A stretch of DNA of 62,454 bases, the filler included, from Chiloscyllium plagiosum (lineage: Eukaryota): the NCBI RefSeq assembly GCF_004010195.1. It is 4 parts of one record of this genome, joined end to end, with 100 filler letters (N's around TTAATTAATTAA, not from the genome) between each part and the next. Parts side by side here need not be neighbours in the genome. Positions count along the whole stretch, not along the records: positions 33,300 to 57,786 come from NC_057714.1; positions 57,887 to 62,454 come from NC_057714.1; 2 more parts are not named here. One strand, written 5' to 3'. Shown piece after piece: positions 50,456 through 62,454 of the stretch; positions within the stretch are counted from its first letter, which is position 1, and each line of letters starts with the position of its first letter. The notes below the pieces were generated by a model that made no database searches, was not told the DNA's origin, and saw only the letters and a program-made list of their open reading frames with translations. Both the position numbers and the translations under genes were made by a program.

Positions 50456-51693
50456 GTGAGTTAAGTTATGAATTGTTTTGAAGAGGTGGTTGCAGGAATT
50501 ATCTCGTAATTATTGACCAAGGTATGGTTGTAGGTAGAAACTCATTGCACAGATTGAGCCCATTTACCCATCTTTGTGCTAATTCAATTTTGCAGTTCAA
50601 AAGTAATCTCACAAAGGCATTCCATAGTCTATTTCCTTCAATATTCCCTCCCTCCACCACTGATGCACATTATCTACAAGACACACTGTGTTATCTCACC
50701 CAGGCTAGCACCTTCCCTTACTGGGAATATACCATCTAGAAGGACAAAGACAGCAGATATATAAGAATGCCTACAAGTTCCCCTCCAAGCCACTCACTAT
50801 CCAGACTTGGAAATATATCACCACTCCTTCAGTGTCACTGGGTCAAAATCCTGGCATTCACCCACCATCCAGACTGTGTGTCTACCTACAGCACATAAAC
50901 TGCAGCAGTTCGAGAAGGCAGCTCACTACCACTAGCTCCAGGGCAGTAAATCCTCTCCTATCTAGTGATGCCCCCATCCCTTGAATGTATTAAAATTTTC
51001 TTTCTTACAAAGCTGATTTGATTTCAGGCTGGTAATTTTCCTAGCTGAGTCAAAGGGAGCTACAAAGCTATGATCTCTCATAAATGTGACAAACAACATT
51101 TGAAAATCTTTCGGAAGAAATTCTCGGCAGATTCTTCCTGAGCAGCTGTAGTTCCTGTGGTGTAGTTACACCCACGTTGCTGTTCAGGATGGAGTTCCAG
51201 TGTAACCCAGCCATGGTGAAGGTTTGAAGATATTGTTTCACATTGGAATGGTGTGTGACGTGAAACCTAATACTGTTCCCTTGCAGCTGTTCCCCTTTGC
51301 TTTCGAGAAGGATAGCTCCATATCCTTCTCTCCCTGCATTTTATGGAGAAAGCAAAAAGTAGGGCTGGCCTTAAAATCTGGAGATTCCTGTTAAAGATTT
51401 CACACTTAAGGAGATCTCAACTCATTGGTTCTTCTACTTGCTGTTCTACCACTTCCTGCTATGAAAAGATGCTCACATTAGGAGTTGGTTACAGTTTCTC
51501 ACCTCTGATAGGCATGTTTTACTCAGCTTCCACGTTGGTCCCGGGAATAGACCAGGTATTGCCACGATGATGCACATGAGTTTAAGATGCTTCAATCTAG
51601 CAACTGTATGAGTCAAACAGCAAGTAGAATTGGGCCTCCAGTAAAATGGAAGAAAGTACAAAGGTGGTCTTGAGCTAAAATTCATAACATGAA

Positions 51694-52010
51694 TGCGGCA
51701 TGGTGGTTCAGTGGTTACCACGCTGCCTCCCAGCGCCAGGGACCAGGGTTCAATTCCTGCCTCGGGCAACTGCTGTGTCGAGTTTGCACATTCTCCCAGT
51801 GTCTGCGAGGGTTTCCTCCAGGTGCTCCGGTTTCCTCCCATAGTCCAAAGATGTGCAGGTTAGGTGAATTGGCCATGCTAAATTGCCCGTAGTGTTAGGT
51901 GCATTAGTCAGGGGTAAATGTAGGGAATGGGTCAGGTGGGTTGCTCTTCGGAGGGTTGGTGTGGACTTGTTGGGACGAAGGGCCTGTTTCCACACTGTAG
52001 GGAATCTAAT
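51694..52010 (+). mobile_element. HE1-type tRNA-derived V-SINE; other copies at 25045-25355 (+), 16620-16800 (+, partial), 11958-12120 (-), 28960-29270 (-), 38905-39232 (-), 43120-43472 (-)
   Basis: Box A TGGTTCAGTGGTT, box B GGTTCAATTCC, V-domain GAGTTTGCACATTCTCCC...GGTGCTCCGGTTTCCTCCC, and a CR1-derived tail GAAGGGCCTGTTTCCACACTGTA. Confidence 0.88.
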
Positions 52011-52604
52011 CATTTGTTAGCTCATCCACTAATTGTGTTAAAGTGAAGGAATTTGGTGTTTGTGGAAGAACTGGTGTGAGAATTCAATAATAAGGGCTCC
52101 ACCCTGATGAGGATGTCCAAGATAAAATTGCGAATGAAGTAAGGGTGTAGCCTGATCTCGAGGAGCATGTGATAGGAGGCATCCCAGTGACTTGTGTGAT
52201 GAATATAGTCTGAGACATTTTCAGATCCTTGACCACCGATGAGATCAAGTGGCATCTGCAAAGCAGTAACACCCAGATTGTAGGTATGCCAGGAGGTCTG
52301 ATATCATTTAGGGTGTGTTCCAAAGGATCATGTTTGCAATGAATGGAGTGTGTGGATGAGTTAATAGAGAAAAACCCTTCTCAGAGAGTGGAATGACTCA
52401 TGCTGCTGTGCTGTGCTGTGCTTGATTCTTTTGGTCTAGTTTAGTTATTGGATGCTGCAAATGCGCAATCAGATCGTTCAAAAAAATATAGATGGAGAAG
52501 GAGGCGATATGTTCTGGATGGTGTTTCTAAATCTAGATCTGATCCACTAAAAGACCATAAAACATAGCAACAGAAATCAGCCATTTTGCCTGCTTTGTCC
52601 TTCA

Positions 52605-53445
52605 TAGAACATAGAAGAATACAGCGCAGTACAGGCCCTTCGGCCCTCGATGTTGCGCCGATCCAAGCCCACCTAACCTACATTAGCCACTATCCTCCAT
52701 ATGCCTCTTAAATGCCCATAATGAGGAAGAGTCCACCACTGCTACTGGCAGGGCATTCCACGAACTCACGACTCGCTGAATAAAGAACCTACCCCTAACA
52801 TCTGTCCTATACCTACCCCCCCCTTAATTTAAAGCTATGCCCCCTTGTAATAGCTGACTCCATACGTGGAAAAAGATTCTCACTGTCGACCCTATCTAAA
52901 CCCCTAATCATCTTGTACACCTCTATCAAGTCACCCCTAAACCTTCTTTTCTCCAATGAAAACAACCCCAAGTGCCTCAACCTTTCCTCATACGATCTTT
53001 CTACCATACCAAGCAACATCCTGGTAAACCTCCTCTGCACACGTTCCAGTGCCTCCACATCCTTCCTATAGTATGGCAACCAAGACTGCACACAATACTC
53101 CAGATGCGGCCGCACCAGAGTCTTATACAACTGCAACATGACCTCAGTACTCCGGAACTCAATTCCTCTACCAATAAAAGCCAGTACGCCATATACTCAG
53201 TGGTCTACCATTCTGAAGTAGCAAATTCCATAGGTGCATCATGCTGAGTGAAGAAATCTCCTCCAGGTCATTTATAAAAATGACAAACAGCAATGGTCCC
53301 AAAACACATCCTTGCGGAACACTGCTAGTGACGGCACTCCAAGATGAACCTTTGCCATCAACTACTACCCTCTGTCGTCTTCCAGCCAGCCAACTCCTAA
53401 TCCAAACCTCCAACTCACCCTCAATGCCATACCTCCGTATTTTTT
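52605..53445 (-). mobile_element. CR1/HER1 LINE fragments
   Basis: [15 protein letters not shown] and [14 protein letters not shown] motifs; same subfamily as 33300-34118. Confidence 0.9.
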
Positions 53446-54299
53446 CAATGAGATCACGGCTGATCCGAAAATCCTCACTTTCATTCTCCTGCCTTTTCCC
53501 CATCATCCTCAATTCCCTTCCTGATTAACAAACTGACTATCTCAGCCATGATGTACTTAATGACCCCTCCAGCCTCAGCAGCCCTCTGAGGTAAAGAATT
53601 CCACAGATTTGCTGCCTTCTGAGGGAATGTGTTCGTCCTCATCTCCAACTTGAATGTTCAACCCGTTATTCTGAGAATGTGATCCTTATGACAATGTCAC
53701 AGTCAAAGTGACTCTGACTGAATTCCAGCTGTTTGTCATTGCTCTGGACAATGCTTGTGATCATTTTTTAAATGCTATGATTGTGGTTTGAAGTTGGAGT
53801 TTTTAGTAACAGTTGGGCAGCACATTATTGAGACCACATCTGAAGCATTGTGTGTAGTTTTAAAACCTTTTTGACTAGGAGCAGGAGTGGGCCATTTGGC
53901 CCATTCATCAACATGATCTTCTATCTCAGTACCATACTTCTGCTCCCTCCTTATACCCCTTGATGCCTTTAGTGTCTAGAAATCTGTCTCTTTCTTGAAT
54001 ATATTCAATGACTTGGCTTTCACAGTTCAACATGGCAAAGAATTCCACAGGTTATCCATACTCTGGGTGAAGACATTTTCCCTCCTCTCTTTCCTAAATA
54101 GCTTAACCTGTATCCTGAGACTGTGTCCATTATTCTAGACTCCCGACACAGGATGCAGGGACAATGTTCCCCCTGTCTGTCTGGTCCTGTCAGAATTACA
54201 TTGATGTATGACATCTGCTTTCATTCTCCTGAACTCCAGTGGTCACCGGCCCAGTCAACTCTGTCTCTCCTCAGATAAAAATTGCCGTCCCAGGAAGAT

Positions 54300-55470
54300 T
54301 TTCACCTTTCTTTGAGAAGGTGACCAAACAGATTAATGAGGTTAAAGCAGTTGACGTGATGTATATAGATTTCAGTAAGGTGTTTGATAAGGTAGGCAAT
54401 TACACAAACCATGTAAGCATGGGATTGAGGGCAATTTAGCGGTTTGGATCAGAAATTGGCTAGCTGAAAGAAGACAGAGGATAGTGGTTGATATTCATCC
54501 TGGAGTTCACTTACTAGTGGGGTATTGTAAGGATCTATTTTGGGTCCATAATTGTTTGTCATTTTTATAAAAGACCTGGATGAGGGCATAGAAGGATGGG
54601 TTAGTAAATTTGCGGTGACACTAAGGTCGTTAGAGTAGTGCTGAAGGATGTTGCAGCTTACAGAAGAACATAGATAAGCTGCAGATCTGAGCTGAGAGGT
54701 GGCAAATGGAGTTTAATGTGGAAAAGTGTGAGGTGATTCAGTTTGGAAGGAGTGACAGGAATACAAAGTACTGGGCTAATGGTAAGGTTCTTGGTAGTGT
54801 AGATGAGCAGAGAGATCTCAGTGTCCATGTACATAGATCCTTGAAAGTTGCCACCTAGGTTGATAAGGTTGTTAAGAAGGCATACGGTGTGTTAGTTTTT
54901 ATTGATAGAGGGATTGAGTTTCGAGCCATGAGGTCATGCTGCAGCTGTACAGAACTCTGGTGCAGCCACACTTGGAGTATTGTGTACAGTTCTGGTCACC
55001 GCATTACAGGAAGGATGTGGAATCTTTAGAAATGGTTCAGAGAAGATTTACTAGGATGTTGCCTGGTATGGAGGGAAGGTCTTATGAGGAAAGGCTGAGG
55101 GACTTGAGGCTATTTTCATTAGAGAGAAGAAGGTTGAGAGGTGACTCAATTGAGACACACAAGATGATCAGAGGGTTAGATAGGGTGGACAGGGAGAGGC
55201 TTTTTACTCAGATGGGGGTTATGGTTAGCACGAGGGGACGTAGCTTTAAATTGAGGGGTGATAGATATAGGACAGATGTCAGAGGTAGTTTCTTTACTCA
55301 GTAGTAGGGGTATGAAACACCATGCCTGCAACAGAAGTAGACTCGCCAACTTTAACAGCATTTTAATGATCATTGGATAGGTATGGACGAGAGTGCAATA
55401 GTGTAGGTTCCACAGGTCAGCACAACATTGAGGGCAGAAGGGCCAGTAGTGTGCTGTAATGTTCTGTGTT
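54300..55470 (+). mobile_element. CR1/HER1 LINE RT and 3' end
   Basis: [28 protein letters not shown] motifs. Confidence 0.9.
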
Positions 55471-57389
55471 CTAGGAGTTAGTTTGGTGAATCTCTGCTGC
55501 ACTTGCTCTATGTATCTTTTCTTGGATAAGTAAATCAAAACGGCACGCAATGCTCATCTCCACAATACATGGTGTTCACACCAAGGCACTTCCTTGCTTG
55601 AAATCCTCTAGCAATAAAGGCCCACATCCAACTTGCCTCCTTAACTACTTGCTGTGCGTGCATGGTTACTTCCAGTGACTGGTGTACAAGGACACCCAGG
55701 TCCCTTTTGTACATCATTATTTCCTAATCTATCAACATTTAAATAATACTCTGCCACTCTTCTTTCCTACTGAAATAGATAATTTCACATGTATTGACAT
55801 TATATTAGTCTGCCATATATTTTCCTACTTACTCAGTTTGTCAAATTCACCTTAAAGACTCTTCCTGACAACTCTCAGTCACACTTTGTTTTGTGTTATC
55901 AGCAGTCTTGGGAATATTACATTTGATTTCCCCTATAGAAATTGTTATGGATACATTGCTGGGGTCTAAACCCTGAATCATATAGGCCCTACTTCTCACC
56001 ACCTTCCAGTCCATAAAGAGACCCGATTATTCCTTCTCTGTTTCCTGCCTGCTAACCAATTCTCGCTCCATGCCAAATTATTGCCTCCAATCTCTATGCT
56101 TTAATTATTACATAATTACATCTTATGTGGGACTTCATCAAAAATGTAGATTCTGAAAATCCACAAAAATAAAGAAACAACATTCAACTTTACATGAGAG
56201 GTAATTGGATAGAGACGTTTTAGAGTTCAGTGGGGCTCATTAGGATAAATGTGGGGAAGATAATATATTTGAGGCAAGGTCTCATGTTAATAATCCAGTC
56301 AAATAAATCCAAGCAGAAATTCAGGAAAAACTTTGTTGCTCAAGGAGTGGTGAGAATGTGGATTGCACGGGATAGATTGAGGTAAAGATGATACACGAAG
56401 GAGGAAAGAACAGATTAGGTGGGTGGAAACAGGGATGAGACTTGGGTAAAGTATAGACCCTAGCAGACATCGGTTGGCCATACAGCCTGTCTCAGTAACT
56501 AGCTGACATTATGTATTACTGTCAGCTGACACATCAAACTTTGGGAAATCCTCCCACTTACCTCTCATGTAAAGTTGAATGTTGTTTCTTTATTTTTGTG
56601 CCTTTTATTTCTATGTTTTGGTTTATTTTTCTGTTTCTAAGGTGGTGCCAGAGTGTGGTGACACTACGCAGCACATTTCACTGTGTTTTGTAATAAAATA
56701 CATCTGACAATAAATAAATCGGTTTTATTTTTCCTGGGGTCAAACACTCAATGGTCATTTCTCAGTCTTGATGTTATTTTTGTAAATGTTTTGTTTTGTG
56801 GAGCTTCCTTTTTATGAACTGGAGACCACAGTCATGTAGTGCAATCTAGGTCTCATTTTCCCCGAAATGGGCTGGAAGATGATGGTCCCCTTGACCACCT
56901 TCAGCACTCTGCTCCATCAGTTGAGGGTGACTGAGAAAGTATAAGTTTCCAGATGTCCACTCTCTGTCCCTGTGCCTCCTGAGTTTAAAGGTTTTGCCCT
57001 TTCGCAAAGTATTTTGTATTTGGACCAGACCACCTACGATTTTGTGCAGTTTTTACTGTCTTTCTAATGGATTTGTACAAAGGTTCCTTATTTTGTTTTC
57101 ACTCCTGTAACCTATTACCTGATAGTTCTCTGGAATAAATTGCTTTATTTTATAAATTTGTTAATGGGATGTGAGTAACTCTGGCCAGGCCAACCTTTTG
57201 TAGCCCTTCCCTAATTGCCCAGGGGGCAACTAAGAGACAACCACGTTGCCGTGGGTCTGGAGTTGGATGTAGGCCAGACCAGGAAGGACAGCAGATTTCC
57301 TTCCTGAAAGAACCACATAGGTTTTTACAACAATGCACAGAGTCTAACGGTGACCATGTAGACAAGCTTTTAATTCTGAATTGGATGAG

Positions 57390-59880
57390 GCAATAGGTGC
57401 AGGAGTAGGCCATTCTGCCCTTCGAGCCAGCACCACCATTCATTATGATCATGGCTGATCATCCTCAATCAGTATCCTGTTCCGGCCTTATCCCCATAAC
57501 CCTTGATTCCACTATCCTTAAGAGCTCTATCCAACTCTTTCTTGAAAATATCCAGAGACTTGGCCTCCACAGCCTTCTGGGGCAGAGCATTCCATACACC
57601 CACCACTCTCTGGGTGAAGAAGTTTCTCCTCAACTTTGTTCTAAGTGGTCTACCCCTTATTTTTAAACTGTGTCTTCTGGTTCGGGACTCACCCATCAGC
57701 GGAAACATGCTTCCTGCCTCCAGAGTGTCTAATCCTTTAATAATCTTATACGTCTCAAACAGATCCCCTCTCAGCCTTCTAAACTCNNNNNNNNNNNNNN
57801 NNNNNNNNNNNNNNNNNNNNNNNNNNNNNNTTAATTAATTAANNNNNNNNNNNNNNNNNNNNNNNNNNNNNNNNNNNNNNNNNNNNGCTTACTCAGTAGC
57901 GTCCTGTACGGCACCTTGTCGAAGGTTTCCTGAAGTCCAGGTAGATAACATCCATTAGCTCTCCTTGGTCTAACCTGCTCATTACTTCCTCAAAGAATTC
58001 TAGCAGATCTGTCAGGTGTGACCTCCCCTTGATGAAACAATGTGGACTTTGCCGTATTTTACCGTACATTTCCAAGTATTCAGAAATCCTCTTCCTCACA
58101 ATGAATTCCAGGATCTTACCCATGATCAAGGTTAGGCTAATCGGTCTGTAATTTTCTATCTTTTGCCTTACTCCCTTTTTAAACAGGGGTGTCATGTTAG
58201 CGATTTTCTAGTTGTCTGGGACCTCCCTGATTCTAGTGATTCCTGAAAGATCACCACTAACTCCTCCGCTATCTCTTCAGCTATGTCCCTGAGAACTCTG
58301 GGCTGTAGCCCATCTGCTCCAGTTGATTTATCCACCTTCAGGCCATTCAGTTTTTCTAGCACCTTCTCCTTGGTGATGGCCACCAGACTCAGCTCTGACC
58401 CCTTCACTCTCTTGAATTTTTGGGATATTACTCCTGTCTTCCACCATGAAGACTGACCCAAAGTAATTATTCAGTTCCTCAGCTATTTCCTTGTTCGCCC
58501 ACTACTATCTCTCCAGCGGCACTTCCAACAACCCAATGTCCACTTTTGCCTCTCTCTATATATCTAAAGAAACTCTTACAGTCTTCCTTTATATTACTGG
58601 CTACCTTACACTCATATTGAATCTTCTTGGTCTTTGGAAGCTTCCAAATCCTCTGGTTTCCCACTGCCCTTCACCACGTTATATGCTTTCCCTTTTGTTT
58701 TTATGCTGACCCTGACTTCCCTGGTCAGCTAGGGTTGCCTCATCCTCCCTGTACCATGCTTCCTTTTCCTCGGGGTGAATCCCTGCTGTGTCTCCTGAAT
58801 TACTCCCAGAAACTCCTGCCCAATGTGTGATCCTAGTCACTTGCCTCCCGACCAACTTGTATGTCATCTGCAATACTTTCACTTCCTTTATCCAAATCAA
58901 TAAAACATAATGTAAATAACTGTGGCCACAGCACAGATTCCTACCAGTTACAGGGTGCCATCCTGAAAGTGCCTGCCTTATCCAAACACTCTGGCTTCTG
59001 TTAGCTAGCCAATCCTCTCTCCATGCCAATATACTACCTCCAATACCACCGTCTCTTATGATAGTTCATAAGTTCAGATGCTATAGGAGCGGAATTATGC
59101 CATTCAGCCCATCGAGTCTGCTGTTCCGTTCAATTGTGGCTGGTATACCCCATACCCCAATTTTTCTGCCTTCTCCCCATAATCCTGCAACCCATTACCA
59201 ATTAAAACTCTGTCTAACTCCCCCTTAAATGTACTCACTGTCCCAGTACCCACTGCCCTTTGGGGGAGCGAGTCCCACAGATTCACAACCCTTTGGGAGA
59301 AGTCGCTTCTCCTCAACTCAGTGTTAAGTTTGCTCCCCTTTATCCTCTCGTCCCAGAATGCCCCAGTAGAGGAAGCATCTGCTCTACATCTACTTTATCC
59401 ACCTCTTTTATCGTATTGAATACCCTCACTCTTCTAAATACCAGAGAGTCTAGGCCTGAACTGTTCAATCTCTCTTCATGTGGCAAACCCCTCACTTCTG
59501 GGATCAACCTGGTGACCCTCCTCTGAACTGCCTCCAGTGCCACTACATCTTTCCTCAAATAAGGGACCAAAACAGTGCACAGTACTCCAGGTGCGGTCTC
59601 ACCAATGCCTTGTACAGTTGCAATAATCCTTCCTTACATTTATATCCTACTCCTTCAGCTAGAAACGCCAACATTCCATTTGCTTCCTTTATTACCTGCT
59701 GAACCTGCACACCCGTTTTCTGTATCTCATGAATGAGTACACCCAGATCCCTCTGTACTGGAGCACCCCAAAGTCTCTCCCCATTTAGGTAATAGGTCAC
59801 CTTGCAACGTTTTCGACCCAAATGCATGACCTCACATTTATCCATGTTAAGCATTTTGCTCACTCTCCTAACCTATCGAT
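57390..59880 (-). mobile_element. Cluster of CR1 LINE fragments spanning a scaffold gap
   Basis: NFFTQRVV, NYRPISLT, LLEFFEEV, KSTGADGLQPRVL, RPHLEYC motifs. Confidence 0.88.
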
Positions 59881-60382
59881 ATCCATTATCTTATTAAATA
59901 CTGTATTTTTCATTGAACGCAGGTTGATTTTCTGGCTTTAATGAGACAGATGTGTCAGTGTTAACTTTCAAACTCCCTTTAATTCAAGAAAGATTCGACT
60001 AACCTGGAAAGGAGAACCTATACCCCGTATTCAGAAACAGAGGGAGCAGGAAGCAGGAAACTATCGGCCAGTTAGCTTGGTGTTTGACGTGGGAAAGGTA
60101 TTTGAATCAATCATTTAGGAGGTTATAATTGGGCATTTTTAAAAGCTCAAGGTCATCAGGAAGAGCCATTATGACACAGTGGGAGTGTTGTATGGTCTCA
60201 GTCTGACATTGCTCAACTGGTAAATTAGGCACAGCAATAGCAGATTAAGTTTAATTCTAATAAGTGTGGGCTGCTGCATTTTGGGAAGTCTAATGAGGGA
60301 AGGCTATGCACAATAAATGGTAGGTCCCTGGGGGGCACTGAGGAACAAAGGGACCTTGGTGTACAATCTGTGGATCCCTGAA

Positions 60383-61769
60383 TGTTTGTGATTTTGAGAA
60401 GATTTGGATGTGAGTTTGCTCACTGAGCTGACAGGTTTGTTCTCAGACATTTGGTCACCATGCTTGGTAACATCATCAGTGAGCCTGCAGTGAAGCGCTG
60501 GTGTTGTGTCCCACTTTCTACTCATGTGTCTTGGTCTCTTAAGGGGGTGAGATCATTTCCGGTTCTTTTTCTCAGAGGTTGGTATTGGGGTCCAAATCAA
60601 TGTGCTTACTGATGGAGTTCCGGTTTGAATGCCAGGCCTCAGGACGTCCTGTGTGTGTCTCTGTTTAGCCTGTCCTCAGATAGATATGCTGTCCCACTCG
60701 AAGTGGTGTCCTTCTTCGTCTGTGTGTAAGAATACTAGTGATAGCTGGTCATGTCCTTGGTGGCTGGTTGGTGTTTGTGTATCCTGGTGGCTAGTTTCCT
60801 GCCTGTCTTGTCCAATGTAGTTACAGTCTTTGCAGGGTATTTTGTAAAGGACATTCACCTTACTTCCGCTCCTATGTCTTATGGTCTTATTTTGCTGGTT
60901 ATTGGTATAGGGTCCTTTAGGTTGATCAGGAGCTGTTTCAGTGTGTTGGTAGGTTTGTGGGCTACCATGGCACCAAGATGTCCATGTAATCTGGTGGTCA
61001 TCTCTGAGATGTCTTTGATGTATGGAAGTGTGGCTGGAGTTTCTGGGCGTGTTGAATCTGCTTGTTTGGGTTTGTTGTTTAGGAATTGGCGGGCTGTGTT
61101 TATCGGGTACCAGGTCTTCCTGGACTTGCTGTCCAGGTGTTTTTCCTCTGCTGCTTGGAGTCCCTGGGTGCTGCAGTGTGTTGTGGCCTGTTGAAATAAT
61201 GTTCTGATGCAGCTCCGTTAGTGGGTATTGGGACGATTGTTCCTGTAGTTCAGTATCTGGTCTGTGTGTGCTGCGTTCCTGTAGACGCTGGTCTGAAGTT
61301 CTCCACTGACTGTTCGTTCCCCTGTGAGGAAGAGGAGTCTGTTGTTGTTCTCCTCCTCTTTTGTGAATTTTTTGCCAGTAAAAAGGATGTTGTTGATGAT
61401 GTTGTGGGTTTCCTCTGATTTGTTCGGTTTGGTAATGACAAAGGTGTCATCTACATCGCGGACCCAAAGTTTGAGTCAGATAGTGGGGAAGGCTGTTTGT
61501 TCGAGTCTCGCTAAACAGAAACACGTGGGAATTCTTAGAGACCTGGCATTCAAACCGGAACTCCATCAATAAACACATCGATTTGGACCCCATTACCAAA
61601 CTCTGAGAAAAGGAATCAGAAATGGTATCATCCCCTTAAGAGACCAAGACACATAAATAGAAAGTGGGACACAACACCAGAGCTCCACCAGGGGCTCACC
61701 GATGATGTTACCTGGCATGGTGACGAAACGTCTGAAAACAAACCCACCAGCTCAGCAAACTCACAAACT
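60383..61769 (-). mobile_element. Penelope-like retroelement (decayed RT C-terminus and GIY-YIG endonuclease) with inverted terminal pseudo-LTRs, inserted into a CR1 LINE
   Basis: Minus-strand NVLYKIPCKDCNYIGQ is a GIY-YIG motif; about 60405-60660 and 61510-61769 are inverted copies, each with a hammerhead-like core; TSD GATCCCTGAA (60373-60382) / GATCCTTGAA (61770-61779). Confidence 0.85.
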
Positions 61770-62454
61770 GATCCTTGAAGGTGCCAGCACAGGACGGCAG
61801 CATGGGGAAGAAAGTATGTGGGATGTTTGCCTTCATTAGCTGGGGTGTGGAACACAGGAGTAAGGAAGTCTTATTCTCACTTTATAAAATATTGGTTAGG
61901 GCACAGGTAGAATATTGTGTACAGTTTTGGGCGCTACACTATTGGAGGGACGTGATTGCTCTGGAGGGGGTGCAGGGCATTTTCATCAGGATGTTGCCTA
62001 GGACGAGAAGCCTCAGTTATGAGGAGAGACCAGGCAGGCTGGGTTTGTAATTCCTGGAGCAGTGGAGACTGAGGGGGGATCTGACTGAGGTTTACAACAT
62101 TATGAGAGGCACAGGCAGAATGGATTGTGAGAATCTCTTCCCCATTGCAGATGTGTCTAAGAGCAGAGGGCATCAGTTTAAGGTGAGGAGGAAGTGGTTA
62201 TGAGGGAATCAAAGAAAGAATGTTCTCACCCAGAGAGTGGTGGATATATGGACCGTGCTGACTGAGAGGGTGGTGGATATATGGTTGAAACTTTATTGCT
62301 GGAACAGCACAGCAGGTCAGGCAGCATCCAGGGAACAGGAGATTCGACGTTTCGGGCACAGGGCCTTCTTCAGGAAGGGCCTGAAGAAGGGCCTGTGCCC
62401 GAAACGTCGAATCTCCTGTGCCCTGGATGCTGCCTGACCTGCTGTGCTGTTCCA

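Noticed and set aside
51694..51770. tRNA gene (box A and box B present)
   Set aside because: It is the tRNA-derived head of an HE1-type SINE, continuing into the V-domain and a LINE-derived tail.

Overview
Vertebrate genomic DNA, almost certainly from an elasmobranch (shark), judged from HE1-type V-SINEs and HER1/CR1 LINEs. Most of the window is repeats, with five assembly gaps. Three intron-containing genes can be read. (1) On the minus strand, the first two coding exons of a TSSK5-like testis-specific kinase (6421-6654 and 651-764), with a candidate RFX X-box promoter near 7080. (2) On the plus strand, the first four coding exons of a casein kinase 2 alpha gene (40159-50455), possibly the csnk2a4-type ohnolog. 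(3) Between them on the minus strand, a gene the ORF track cannot see: seven micro-exons (29443 down to 21149) that splice in frame into a signal peptide plus a Ser-rich, acidic pro-peptide with an RxxR convertase site and a YDYED motif. I cannot assign it to any family. The window also holds Penelope-like element remnants, several families of short and often palindromic elements with minimal hammerhead-ribozyme cores and 14-18 bp target-site duplications, and two arrays of a 33-bp minisatellite that generate spurious long ORFs. All calls were made by eye, without databases.
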